Positions 1 through 8,699 of a DNA stretch of 63,204 nucleotides are shown here, in pieces. Source of the stretch: a bacterium (GTDB taxonomy: Bacteria; UBA9089; JASEIO01). The DNA lies in the NCBI GenBank assembly GCA_030017475.1, contig JASEIO010000002.1:1-63204 (forward strand). Direction: 5' to 3'. A program made the position numbers and the translations under genes. The notes under the pieces are model-generated. The model made no database searches, had not been told where the DNA came from, and saw only the letters and a list, made by a program, of their open reading frames with translations. The first letter of the stretch is position 1, and the number at the start of each line of letters is the position of its first letter.

Positions 1-463
1 CCCGAACGGATACTGCCACTGCCTTTCCATCTGTCCCTGCTGCGGAGTTTAATAGATTCATATTGTTGTATTGGACCTGGGATGCTGCGCGGTTTATCTC
101 CTTAATCAATTCATCGACCTCTGCCTGGAGATCCTCTCTATCTGATTGGCTCATTGTATCTGTTGCTGCCTGAACTGCCAATTCCCTAATCCTTTTAACC
201 ATCCCGTGGATCTCATCCATCCCTTGTTCTGCGGTCTGAATCAAGGATGTGGCATCCTGGATGTTACGTTGCGCCACTATCATTCCTTCAATGCGAGACT
301 CCATCCTTTTTGATATCTCCAATCCTGCTGCATCATCTGCTGCCCTATTTATCCTTTTTCCTGAGGATAATCTTTCTAAGTTCTTGGTTATTCTTTCCAT
401 TGTCCTTTGAAGTAGTCGTTGAGTAAACTTCGATTCTGGATTTTCAACTATTCTCATATCCAT
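1..463 (-). CDS. fliC: Flagellin, 5' part only (gene runs off the left edge)
   Basis: Not in the ORF track because it is open to the edge. Manual translation from ATG 463-461 gives MDMRIVENPESKFTQRLLQRTMERITKNLERLSSGKRINRAADDAAGLEISKRMES...LIQTAEQGMDEIHGMVKRIRELAVQAATDT. This is the flagellin N-terminal signature and is paralogous to the N-terminus of 949..2976. An AAGGAGG SD lies at 472-478. Confidence 0.85.
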   Translation of the reverse strand, partial: MDMRIVENPESKFTQRLLQRTMERITKNLERLSSGKRINRAADDAAGLEISKRMESRIEGMIVAQRNIQDATSLIQTAEQGMDEIHGMVKRIRELAVQAATDTMSQSDREDLQAEVDELIKEINRAASQVQYNNMNLLNSAAGTDGKAVAVSVR

Positions 464-510
464 TTTAAAAACCTCCTTGTACTATCTTCTTAAAACCCTC
501 CCTAGTTTTA
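464..510 (-). promoter_or_regulatory. Flagellin 5' leader with two GGA-containing elements (candidate CsrA sites, one being the SD)
   Basis: The minus strand reads CTAGGGAGGGTTTTAAGAAGATAGTACAAGGAGGTTTTTAAAATG. The same AGGGAGGG...N14-17...AAGGAGG architecture precedes the second flagellin (2977-3005), and csrA-fliW is adjacent. Confidence 0.4.
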
Positions 511-721
511 AGGTTTAAGATCGTCTTTCACCTCCTGAAAAGCCATTGGGTTATAGACACCTATTTAATAAGAGCCTTAATTTATGTAATCAAAGAAAAA
601 GGTTTTGATAGGTTTTCTTATAGTCGGCCGTACCTATTAAGAAAACCACCCTTCATCAAAAAGACCTTTCTTTAAGACCGTACGCATCCAAAAAGAAAAG
701 GCTTAAATGAAGAAGAATACC

Positions 722-925
722 TTAAATACTTATTCCTTGCTGTTTTAGGATCTGCTTAAGATAGATCATATGTCCTGTCTGATGCATAGGATGATTAGCT
801 GAGATCTTCATCATCAGAGCTGGATTATCTTCTTTATCACTTGATCTATTTCTGGCCCTATCCCTTTTTTGGATATGTCGATTACTCAGTACCTTCTGTA
901 GTAAGATACTCTCTATATGACGCAT
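722..925 (-). CDS. Hypothetical small basic protein (67 aa) between the two flagellin genes
   Basis: It is the only ORF on the coding strand in the 485-nt gap. A GAGGGG SD sits about 7 nt upstream of the ATG. No recognisable family. Confidence 0.25.
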   Translation of the reverse strand: MRHIESILLQKVLSNRHIQKRDRARNRSSDKEDNPALMMKISANHPMHQTGHMIYLKQILKQQGISI

Positions 926-948
926 TGTTTTCCCCTCATTTTAGTTTT

Positions 949-2976
949 TTATCCCAAGAGTGCCAAAACTGCCTGGGGCATCATATTTGCCTGAGCCATC
1001 ATTGCTATACCTGCTTGTACCAATATCTGATTCCTTACAAAATCAGACATCTCTTTGGCATAATCTATATCCCTAATTCGGGATTCTGCTGCGGTCATTG
1101 ATTCTTCTGAAACCCCTAAGTAATTTAAGGTGGACTGTAATCTATTTTGATAGGCACCTAAATCTGCTCGTCTCCGAGATACCTCATCTATGGCCTTATC
1201 CAAAATCCCAATGGCGTTCTCTGCATCTTCACGGGTACCTAATGAGATTGCCTTACCTGATTCGGTATCTCTCACCCCAAGCCTTACTGAGGATACATTC
1301 TCGATATCTATTACAATCACTTCATCCTCGTTTGCCCCAACATGAAGGGTTAAACCTAATACATTTGCTGGGCTATAGATTCCTTCCCAATAACCCTCTG
1401 TTTTATTATAGGCAGATGCATTTGCCACTACGACGTTTATGGCAGTGAAGAAACCCAAATTTGAAGCGGTAAGTCGAGTTGCGCCAGGATCATCTGGCAT
1501 TGCCACTCCGTGCAAACCAGGATTCTCTTGGAGTTTGAATTCATAACCATTATTGGTGATTGTAAATATATCGTCTGTATAATCCACTTCTAATCCAGGC
1601 CCTGGTCTATATTCCCATGAACAGGTGATGGGGTTATAAACTTTGTAATCCCTTTTTCTCTCCATCCAATCGATTATATCTTGTAGGTTAGTAATATCTA
1701 CGTGATATTGATGAACTCTCTGATTTCCTTCATAGACCCCAACATTGAAATAGTTATCTACATCAGGATTCCCACGATTTATATCTAAATGATAGCTTTT
1801 TCCTAAGGTAGATATGATTATTGAACCAGTTGGTACTGCCTCAAAACCGGCATTCACTAATGGATGGAATCCTGGGTGTGTTTCTCCTGCCCCACTGTAT
1901 ATCCCCCTCGCCTCCAAGTCTAAGGACTTCATTCGGTCTGATACAACCTCTGCCGATCCAGTGATTGTTACCTTAACCCCTTCCCCTTTTCCTGCATAAA
2001 ATCCGGATCCCGTTGGTGTAGTGATGGTTACATCATCCCCTTTGGGATTTCTACCAATAGGATTCCTTACATTATAGGCAGATATATTTAAGGCAGAAAA
2101 GAATCCGACATCAAACGAAGCCGCAGGTCTTTCTTCCAGTATTATATCTCCTACATGGGTAATGATAAACGCATCTTTATCTTCATCATATCTCGCACTC
2201 ACCCCAGGTATGTCATTTATATCATCAATGATCTCGGCTAGGGTACGAGGCTTGGTTGGAAGATTTGCTGGATCAGTAGTTGTATATGTATTACCAGGAT
2301 TTACAAGCGATATAGCATTCTCTCTCCATGAGGTTTGGGCATTTCTTATGATGATTGACCCTGTGGGGATATTTGCTTCAAAACCGGCTGCTGTATATGG
2401 AACATCTAGTCTTAATCTTCTATACCCCCTTGTAAATTCTCCAGGATCTGCATAATCCCCATCGTTATTATAGTCGTAATATTGAATCCCTCCACCATCT
2501 GTTACCACATCCGGAACTGAATATGCACGTGAAGCACCAGACTCGCCATGGGCACCCCACAAAAGCTTTATCCTATTAAATTCAACCGCCTCTGCCATTC
2601 TATCAACTTCATCCACCAATTGATCAATCTCTACCTGTATCTTTGTTCTATCCTCATCTGATAATGTATCGGTTGCTGCCTGAACTGCTAACTCCCTCAT
2701 TCTCTGAAGCATCTCATGGATCTCATGCAATCCTCCCTCTGCTGTTTGGACTAAAGAGATACCATCTAAGGTATTTCTATTTGCCATCTTAAGTCCTCTA
2801 ATCTGTCCTCTCATATGTTCAGAGATCTCAAGTCCTGCAGCATCATCTGCTGCACGATTTATCCTATATCCTGAGGCTAATCTTTCTAAATTCTTTTTTA
2901 GGGCTTCATGGGTATTCAATAATTGCCGATGAGAATATAAAGCAGGAACATTATGTCTAATTCTCATACTACTCAT
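949..2976 (-). CDS. fliC: Flagellin, 675 aa, with a large internally duplicated central domain
   Basis: The N-terminus (MRIRHNVPALYSHRQL...GYRINRAADDAAGLEISEHMRGQIRGL) and the C-terminus (ADLGAYQNRLQSTLNYL...RIRDIDYAKEMSDFVRNQILVQAG) are the conserved flagellin D0/D1 segments. A central insert of about 400 aa separates them. SD AAGGAGG at 2977-2983. Confidence 0.93.
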   Translation of the reverse strand: MSSMRIRHNVPALYSHRQLLNTHEALKKNLERLASGYRINRAADDAAGLEISEHMRGQIRGLKMANRNTLDGISLVQTAEGGLHEIHEMLQRMRELAVQAATDTLSDEDRTKIQVEIDQLVDEVDRMAEAVEFNRIKLLWGAHGESGASRAYSVPDVVTDGGGIQYYDYNNDGDYADPGEFTRGYRRLRLDVPYTAAGFEANIPTGSIIIRNAQTSWRENAISLVNPGNTYTTTDPANLPTKPRTLAEIIDDINDIPGVSARYDEDKDAFIITHVGDIILEERPAASFDVGFFSALNISAYNVRNPIGRNPKGDDVTITTPTGSGFYAGKGEGVKVTITGSAEVVSDRMKSLDLEARGIYSGAGETHPGFHPLVNAGFEAVPTGSIIISTLGKSYHLDINRGNPDVDNYFNVGVYEGNQRVHQYHVDITNLQDIIDWMERKRDYKVYNPITCSWEYRPGPGLEVDYTDDIFTITNNGYEFKLQENPGLHGVAMPDDPGATRLTASNLGFFTAINVVVANASAYNKTEGYWEGIYSPANVLGLTLHVGANEDEVIVIDIENVSSVRLGVRDTESGKAISLGTREDAENAIGILDKAIDEVSRRRADLGAYQNRLQSTLNYLGVSEESMTAAESRIRDIDYAKEMSDFVRNQILVQAGIAMMAQANMMPQAVLALLG

Positions 2977-3008
2977 CCTCCTTGATGTCTCTTTAATCCC
3001 TCCCTGTG
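2977..3008 (-). promoter_or_regulatory. Flagellin 5' leader with GGA elements (candidate CsrA sites including the SD)
   Basis: The minus strand reads CACAGGGAGGGATTAAAGAGACATCAAGGAGGATG, the same architecture as 464-510. Confidence 0.4.
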
Positions 3009-3085
3009 ATTAAAAGATTTTTTTAAGAGGTTTACTCCTCTTTTTCTGTAATATCACCTCCTTCCTCCCTCACCTGTTGACAAAA

Positions 3086-3132
3086 AAGGCTTATCATGAC
3101 AAGAGCTCACCTCTCTTCCCATGATAAGCCTT
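3086..3132 (-). terminator. 13-bp perfect stem-loop followed by a T-run on the minus strand (terminator-like, or a leader structure)
   Basis: AAGGCTTATCATG (3086-3098) pairs with CATGATAAGCCTT (3120-3132) around a 21-nt loop. On the minus strand the stem is followed by TTTT(G). It lies between csrA and the flagellin start. Confidence 0.5.
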
Positions 3133-3232
3133 CTTATTAATTTTATTAAGCCTCCTTGAGTAAATATCCATCCCTGAAACATCCTTATATTAATTGATTA
3201 TTATGTTCACATTTCTACTAAACGTTCTTACT

Positions 3233-3264
3233 TTATAGAACGGCAAAAACTTAGATTTTATTTA
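3233..3264 (-). promoter_or_regulatory. Possible sigma-28 type promoter for the flagellin gene
   Basis: The minus strand reads TAAA-N16-GCCGTTCTATAA, against the consensus TAAA-N15-GCCGATAA. A related GCCGACTATAAG occurs at 617-628 upstream of the other flagellin, but without a good -35. Confidence 0.3.
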
Positions 3265-3386
3265 ACCCTATTTAGGGCAATTTAAAGAAATTGAAGGTGA
3301 TTAACTCAAAATATCGAACTTTTTCAGTATAATTTAACCATTTTTCTAATAATTTTGAGTGGCTCCTTTTTAAAATCCCATTCTTT

Positions 3387-3632
3387 TTACTCCCTTCTTT
3401 CACCTTGTTTTTTGAGAAGGGTTTCTAAATCCTTTAATCTTTCTACCTTTGTCTTTGAGGCCTCAATAGTCTCCCGTTTAACCTGTTCATATATCTCTTT
3501 ACGATGTACGGCAATATGACGCGGAGCAGTAATCCCTAATTTTACTTGATCTCCTCTAACATCTACTATGATTATCTCTATATCGTCCCCAATCATAATT
3601 GATTGATCCCTTTTTCTAGCCAAGACCAGCAT
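3387..3632 (-). CDS. csrA: Carbon storage regulator CsrA
   Basis: 81 aa. MLVLARKRDQSIMIGDDIEIIIVDVRGDQVKLGITAPRHIAVHRKEIY is the CsrA family signature. Overlaps fliW by 17 nt. Confidence 0.93.
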   Translation of the reverse strand: MLVLARKRDQSIMIGDDIEIIIVDVRGDQVKLGITAPRHIAVHRKEIYEQVKRETIEASKTKVERLKDLETLLKKQGERRE

Positions 3633-4104
3633 CTTCGACCTCCTTGTTTTTATCTGTAAGATGCGACTGTAGCTCTTTTAAGATATAGTGTCTAACCCCA
3701 TATCTTGGATTCTTAGAGATCATCTGCTTCCCTCGTTTATTATCAGGATTAACTACGATGGGAGACAAAAGATTGGCAGTCATCTGCTCTGGCCTTCCTT
3801 CTGGGATAACTACAATAGCCAAACTTATTGCCTTATTCGTATCCTCTAAACCAATTGAGGCTAACTCATCCTTTTCTACCTCTAACCTATAATCAGATCG
3901 AAAGTAATTTGGTGGTATAACCACAAAGGCAAGGTTAGGATTATCCACTGCCTGCAGCCATTTAAATGGAATATCCTCATCTTTCATGTCGAGCAAGACA
4001 TATCTCTTTGTCTTCTCAAAACCAATCAGTCCCTCATCTATATGTATAATAGAGTCTGAATCCACTTCAACCTCACCAAATGGCTTGGTTTTAATCCTCA
4101 TCAT
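3616..4104 (-). CDS. fliW: Flagellar assembly factor FliW
   Basis: KPFGEVEVDSDSIIHIDEGLIGFEKTKRYVLL...PFKWLQAVDNPNLAFVVIPP matches the FliW pattern. It sits directly upstream of csrA as in Bacillus. The ORF-track TTG start was trimmed to ATG 4104 (or 4101), behind AAGGAGGAGG. Confidence 0.85.
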   Translation of the reverse strand: MMRIKTKPFGEVEVDSDSIIHIDEGLIGFEKTKRYVLLDMKDEDIPFKWLQAVDNPNLAFVVIPPNYFRSDYRLEVEKDELASIGLEDTNKAISLAIVVIPEGRPEQMTANLLSPIVVNPDNKRGKQMISKNPRYGVRHYILKELQSHLTDKNKEVEDAGLG

Positions 4105-4136
4105 CCTCCTCCTTCCTTTAGCTATCAATTGTCAGT

Positions 4137-5507
4137 TTATAGAAAATCCATTAAGGTCGGTTGGATCAATCTTGCACCAGATGCCAAGGCTGCCCGATTT
4201 ACTGCCTCTTGTAATCTCAAATTCATAATAGTCTCTTCCCAATCAACCTCCTCTGCATTCTGTAAAAGTTCTGTGGCATGCAATTTGTAGTCTCTCAACT
4301 TATATTTGGTAAATTCAAGCCTATTGATCTTTCCTCCATTTTCAGCCTTATACCTTAAAACATTCTGCAAGGCCTCTTCAATATATCCTAAATCCCTTTC
4401 TATCTCTGAATCCTTTCCTGTATTCCCTTGATATAGATCATCCCTTAATTTAATCAACATTTGAAAAATACTAATCTTCTTCTCCTTTACCGTAGCTACA
4501 ATATTATTTGGAGCATCCCTATCTGGATCAATAAAGCCTAATATCTCCAATAGATTACCATCTATATCCTCCAACCAGATCTCATCTGGCTCGAATGTCT
4601 CTAAAACCAGATGGTATCTTGTACCATCTTCTGTCTCCACCTCTACAATATCTGCCTTTACCCCAGATTTTGTTTCATTTATCCTCTCCTTTATTGAAAT
4701 CAATGAATCGCGATTGGCATCATAGAATACCTTCACCCCATTTATCCTAAATACACCAGTACCAAAAGGGGAGACATTTGAAGAGATTCTACCTTGATAA
4801 TTGACCTTATCATTTAACTCCTTTCCCTGATCGGCTACAGTCATATCTCCCATCTCCACTCTATGTGCGGTGACTGAAAACACATCGTCCCCTATTGTAT
4901 TTATCCTTATCTTAACCCCTTCTTCAATCTCTCGGTAGATTGGATTTGTATTTCCCTTATATGTAACATGGGTAACATTATTCCTATTTATACCTAAGCG
5001 TTCTTGAAAAGGAGGGTCAGATTTCCCAGGGGGTGAACCAATCAAATTCTGTGGATCTCCAATAGTAACTACGAAAGGACAGGTCAAGGTATCGGTTCCA
5101 GAAAATATATATTTTCCATTGAAGGTTGTATTGGCAAGATCTATCATCCCTTCTAAGATCTGATTTATCTCATTAGCATTTGCATCCCTATTTAATTGAT
5201 TATAGCTTTCTGACGCCCCTTGTATAGCCAATTCTCTCACTCTATGTAGATTATCACATACCTGCTGTAAAACATTATCTGTATGTTCCATCCAATGGAT
5301 ACCGTTATCAATATTTCTATCAAATTGCTCTATTCTATCAATGTATGTCCTTTGACGCATACTATCAACTGTTGCGATTGGATCCGAAGAAGGATACTTT
5401 ACCTTTTTCCCAGAGCTCAATTGGAAATGACACTTTTCCAATTCCTCTAAATTCGTTTCTATATTATTCATAACCGTTGAATATAGATATCTATTAGAAA
5501 TCCTCAT
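4137..5507 (-). CDS. flgL: Flagellar hook-associated protein 3 FlgL
   Basis: Flagellin-like termini: MRISNRYLYSTVMNNIETNLEEL...SSGKKV at the N-terminus and LQEAVNRAALASGARLIQPTLMDFL at the C-terminus. It lies downstream of flgK. One IN-type repeat (GVFRINGVKVFYDANRDSLISIKERINETKSGVKADIV). Start moved to ATG 5507, behind AGGAGG. Confidence 0.85.
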   Translation of the reverse strand: MRISNRYLYSTVMNNIETNLEELEKCHFQLSSGKKVKYPSSDPIATVDSMRQRTYIDRIEQFDRNIDNGIHWMEHTDNVLQQVCDNLHRVRELAIQGASESYNQLNRDANANEINQILEGMIDLANTTFNGKYIFSGTDTLTCPFVVTIGDPQNLIGSPPGKSDPPFQERLGINRNNVTHVTYKGNTNPIYREIEEGVKIRINTIGDDVFSVTAHRVEMGDMTVADQGKELNDKVNYQGRISSNVSPFGTGVFRINGVKVFYDANRDSLISIKERINETKSGVKADIVEVETEDGTRYHLVLETFEPDEIWLEDIDGNLLEILGFIDPDRDAPNNIVATVKEKKISIFQMLIKLRDDLYQGNTGKDSEIERDLGYIEEALQNVLRYKAENGGKINRLEFTKYKLRDYKLHATELLQNAEEVDWEETIMNLRLQEAVNRAALASGARLIQPTLMDFL

Positions 5508-5569
5508 AAAACCTCCTGTCTTAACCAAAGATTAGGAAATAGCTGTCTGCATTTGACACCTCATCTAAG

Positions 5570-8104
5570 CTATGCTCCTAAGGTAATCACCCTATCAAGT
5601 AATCTTGTGATTACCCCTATCACCCTTGCCGAGGCATTAAAACCATGCTGATATTTGACCAAATTTATCATCTCTTCATCCAATGATACACCTGATATAG
5701 AATCCCTTAACCCTTCTAAATTACTAAGGATTAGTTTTTGATTCTCCGTAGCCTTTTTAGCTGATTGGGCATCTGCTCCAGTTTTTAAAATTAGGAAATG
5801 AGTGAATTCACCGAAGGTAGCTTCGCCTTCCAGTAAAAAACGTTTATAACTTAAGCCTGCCAACTCTAAGGCATTCCGTCCATCTCCAATCCCATTAGAT
5901 ACATCCCATTCTCCATCCAAAGGGCTAGATGTATCCTTTCCCTGTGCTGCAGCAATCTTATCTATATCAAGTAACACCGAATCGGTTAACGAAATAAGTG
6001 AGGCTGCCCCTTCTTTTGGAACCTTTACATATTCACCTTCTAAAGCCTTTGTAGGTGTATGCTTAGGTGAAAAGGCTACATATTTTTCCCTATCCTTTAG
6101 GATACCAAGTTTTTCAAAGAGATTGCCAGAGGTTCGACCTTCCAATATCCTTGTTTCAGTAAAGAACCCATAATACATATGGCTGCTTGTATCATTATTG
6201 TCGCATATATTGGCTACCCCTAAAAATCCATTGGGTATACTTTGCTGAATCTCTACAGGTTTATTTTTATCCCGACTCATGATACTAAACCTATCTGTAT
6301 CTTTATCATAGATTATTACTGCCCCACAATTTGAATAATTGACCTCATTTATAAATTCCCGAACCATATAGCCAGTTGATCCATCTACATCAATATCAAA
6401 TGAAACACCATTTATAGTAATCGTATGGTCTCCTCCTATTGCCTCTGAAAAACCAGCCTTAGTAAAAGCGGTATCAATATTTAGTCCTACACCTGGACCT
6501 CCAGTAGAGACACAGGAAGTACTTACTGCCTCTCTTTCGCTTAATACGAGGGCACCTCCTGGGGTATCCGACCTTATGGTAAATATATCCTTTTCCTCAT
6601 CATAACTTATGGTAACTCCTGCCTCTTTACTCGAATTAATAGCATCCATTAAATCCTGAACAGTACTGTATTCCGAGATGTTAAATACGGCTCCATTTAT
6701 TGATACAGAACCAGTAATGGTGTTCGTAAAATTGGTAGGATAAAAGCCGCCCGATAGATTAACCCTTCCAGGACCTGTTATTACCTCAAATCTCGATTCA
6801 CGGAGATCTGTCTCAACGTAATCAGATAAGGATGAAATCCTATAATCACTTTTTGAGGTAGCAGTTAGAACTAACCTATTTGAAGGTGAGATAGAGGCAA
6901 CAACCCCACACGAGGCCTCATTAATTAATCTAACCACATCCTCTAATGAATCCATATCTTCATCATCTGGATCATATGGAATAAGCTTCCCATTTATCTC
7001 TAATTTACCCGCAACAACTGGATCGATAAATGGAGGGGGATTTAAGTAGGTATTGGCATTAAAACAAACCTTTACATTATCTACATATCCAGAAGGGCTT
7101 CCAGTAATCTTATAGATTGCATCTTCATCCCTTTCTAAAAATGGCTGGAAAAAGTTTATCTTTTTGGTGTTATTCAATCCAAATCCTGCACGGTGGATTT
7201 CATTAAACCTATCGGTTAAGGTAATGGCTAATTCGTCAAGGCTATTTAGGTGAAAAGGGATGATTTCATCCCTTACCAAAAATAGACCCTCTAATTCACC
7301 ACCTCTAATCTCTGCCCGCTCTTTAGTTTCTCGACTATATATCTCCACAAAATCCTTATTCTGTGGATCGGGTCGAGCCTCAATGGGATAAAATCTATCT
7401 CCTTGCGCGACAACCAAGCCATTTACAGAAATCTTAAAATCATCTGGATCAGTCCTTTCTATCTTTATATCCCCAATGCGTGAAAGTTCTTCTATATACG
7501 AATCCCTTTTATCCAATAAATCATTGGGAGGGCTAACACCTCTATCCATCTGAAATTGTATCTTTTTGGAAAGTGAAGCTATTTTTGATGCATAAATATT
7601 TATCTCTTCAACCCTTTCTTTAATCTCCTGATTAACAATCTCTTGCAGATTAGAGATCTGGATATAGGTATGTCTTATTCCATCTGCAACCGCTATACCC
7701 TTTTGTTTCACCATCTCTCTCGGTGCAGCATCTTCAGGATTATTAGCCAAGTCCTCTAAAGATCTCCAAAGTTCATCCAATAAGGTTCTTATATTGGTTT
7801 CTCCAGGCTCATTATATATAAGTTCTATCCTATGAAGTTTATCATTTATTACCTTCCAAGATGAGAGATTTTCCGTTTCTTTGTTAATCCTCATATCCAA
7901 GAATATGTCCCTTACCCTTTCTATATGAGCAATCTCTACACTTATACCTAATTCCCTTGGGGTTTGGCTCAAATTAACAACCTGCCTGGAGTATTCTGGG
8001 GTGTTGGCATTACTAATATTATGGGAAGTAACATCCAATGCCTTTTGATGAACAAGCAGACTTCTTCCAGATTTACCTATAATATCTAAAAGCGATCCAT
8101 TCAT
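5570..8104 (-). CDS. flgK: Flagellar hook-associated protein 1 FlgK (844 aa)
   Basis: N-terminus LLVHQKALDVTSHNISNANTPEYSRQ and C-terminus DEEMINLVKYQHGFNASARVIGVITRLLDRVITL. The central region carries at least 3 flagellin-IN-like repeats. Confidence 0.9.
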   Translation of the reverse strand: MNGSLLDIIGKSGRSLLVHQKALDVTSHNISNANTPEYSRQVVNLSQTPRELGISVEIAHIERVRDIFLDMRINKETENLSSWKVINDKLHRIELIYNEPGETNIRTLLDELWRSLEDLANNPEDAAPREMVKQKGIAVADGIRHTYIQISNLQEIVNQEIKERVEEINIYASKIASLSKKIQFQMDRGVSPPNDLLDKRDSYIEELSRIGDIKIERTDPDDFKISVNGLVVAQGDRFYPIEARPDPQNKDFVEIYSRETKERAEIRGGELEGLFLVRDEIIPFHLNSLDELAITLTDRFNEIHRAGFGLNNTKKINFFQPFLERDEDAIYKITGSPSGYVDNVKVCFNANTYLNPPPFIDPVVAGKLEINGKLIPYDPDDEDMDSLEDVVRLINEASCGVVASISPSNRLVLTATSKSDYRISSLSDYVETDLRESRFEVITGPGRVNLSGGFYPTNFTNTITGSVSINGAVFNISEYSTVQDLMDAINSSKEAGVTISYDEEKDIFTIRSDTPGGALVLSEREAVSTSCVSTGGPGVGLNIDTAFTKAGFSEAIGGDHTITINGVSFDIDVDGSTGYMVREFINEVNYSNCGAVIIYDKDTDRFSIMSRDKNKPVEIQQSIPNGFLGVANICDNNDTSSHMYYGFFTETRILEGRTSGNLFEKLGILKDREKYVAFSPKHTPTKALEGEYVKVPKEGAASLISLTDSVLLDIDKIAAAQGKDTSSPLDGEWDVSNGIGDGRNALELAGLSYKRFLLEGEATFGEFTHFLILKTGADAQSAKKATENQKLILSNLEGLRDSISGVSLDEEMINLVKYQHGFNASARVIGVITRLLDRVITLGA

Positions 8105-8156
8105 ATCTTCTCCTTCGAAGTGGAAAGTTGTAAACTACCGAACAGCCTCTCCACCT

Positions 8157-8633
8157 TTATACCTCTCTATCAACAACTAAAGGCCTTGCCTTTTTCTTCT
8201 TTACCCTTCCATAAGTAAAGTCTTCCTGCATAGGGACAATTATATTCAGGATATAATTAATAAATGACAATGAATCCCTGATTAACTGGTTGTTCATTTC
8301 ATTTAAATCTTTAAGTTCTTGTACGGTAGAAAGGAATTCAGAATAGAGGGAGGAAAGATCAACTGAAGATAAAGAGATGATCTTTTTAAAATTCAATTCA
8401 CTTTTGGGAATCTGCCAGACTTCTGCTAAATTATCTATTATACCTAATCGAACATCTTCAAATTCCTGAATTTTACTAATAAGGGATTCTTCGGAAGAGA
8501 TTATCATTAACAACCTTTCTATATCCCTATTTAACAACACATCTTTCTTCTCTTTTGACAAATCTACTAACTGTTTATACAAAGAATTCTCGTTTACTAT
8601 CACATCCCGTAACTGAAGTAACAAATCATCCAA
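8157..8633 (-). CDS. flgN: FlgN-family flagellar chaperone
   Basis: 158-aa helical protein directly upstream of flgK. The N-terminus (LRDVIVNENSLYKQLVDLSKEKKDVLLNRDIERL) is FlgN-like. Confidence 0.6.
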   Translation of the reverse strand: MDDLLLQLRDVIVNENSLYKQLVDLSKEKKDVLLNRDIERLLMIISSEESLISKIQEFEDVRLGIIDNLAEVWQIPKSELNFKKIISLSSVDLSSLYSEFLSTVQELKDLNEMNNQLIRDSLSFINYILNIIVPMQEDFTYGRVKKKKARPLVVDREV

Positions 8634-8699
8634 TCCATTTCACTCCTATTTCAGTCATATGTACTCTAATATATATATCGGCAAAAAGCACAGAAAACC

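Noticed and set aside
2700-2760. Possible HExxH metalloprotease motif in the flagellin (flagellinolysin-type)
   Set aside because: The sequence is GLHEIHEML, that is H-E-x-H in the conserved D1 helix, not HExxH. I saw no zinc-protease motif in the central insert.
8634-8699. Hidden flgM in the yvyF-flgN gap
   Set aside because: The gap is only 66 nt and contains no ORF. The C-terminus of the YvyF-like protein shows no FlgM-like sigma-28-binding segment.
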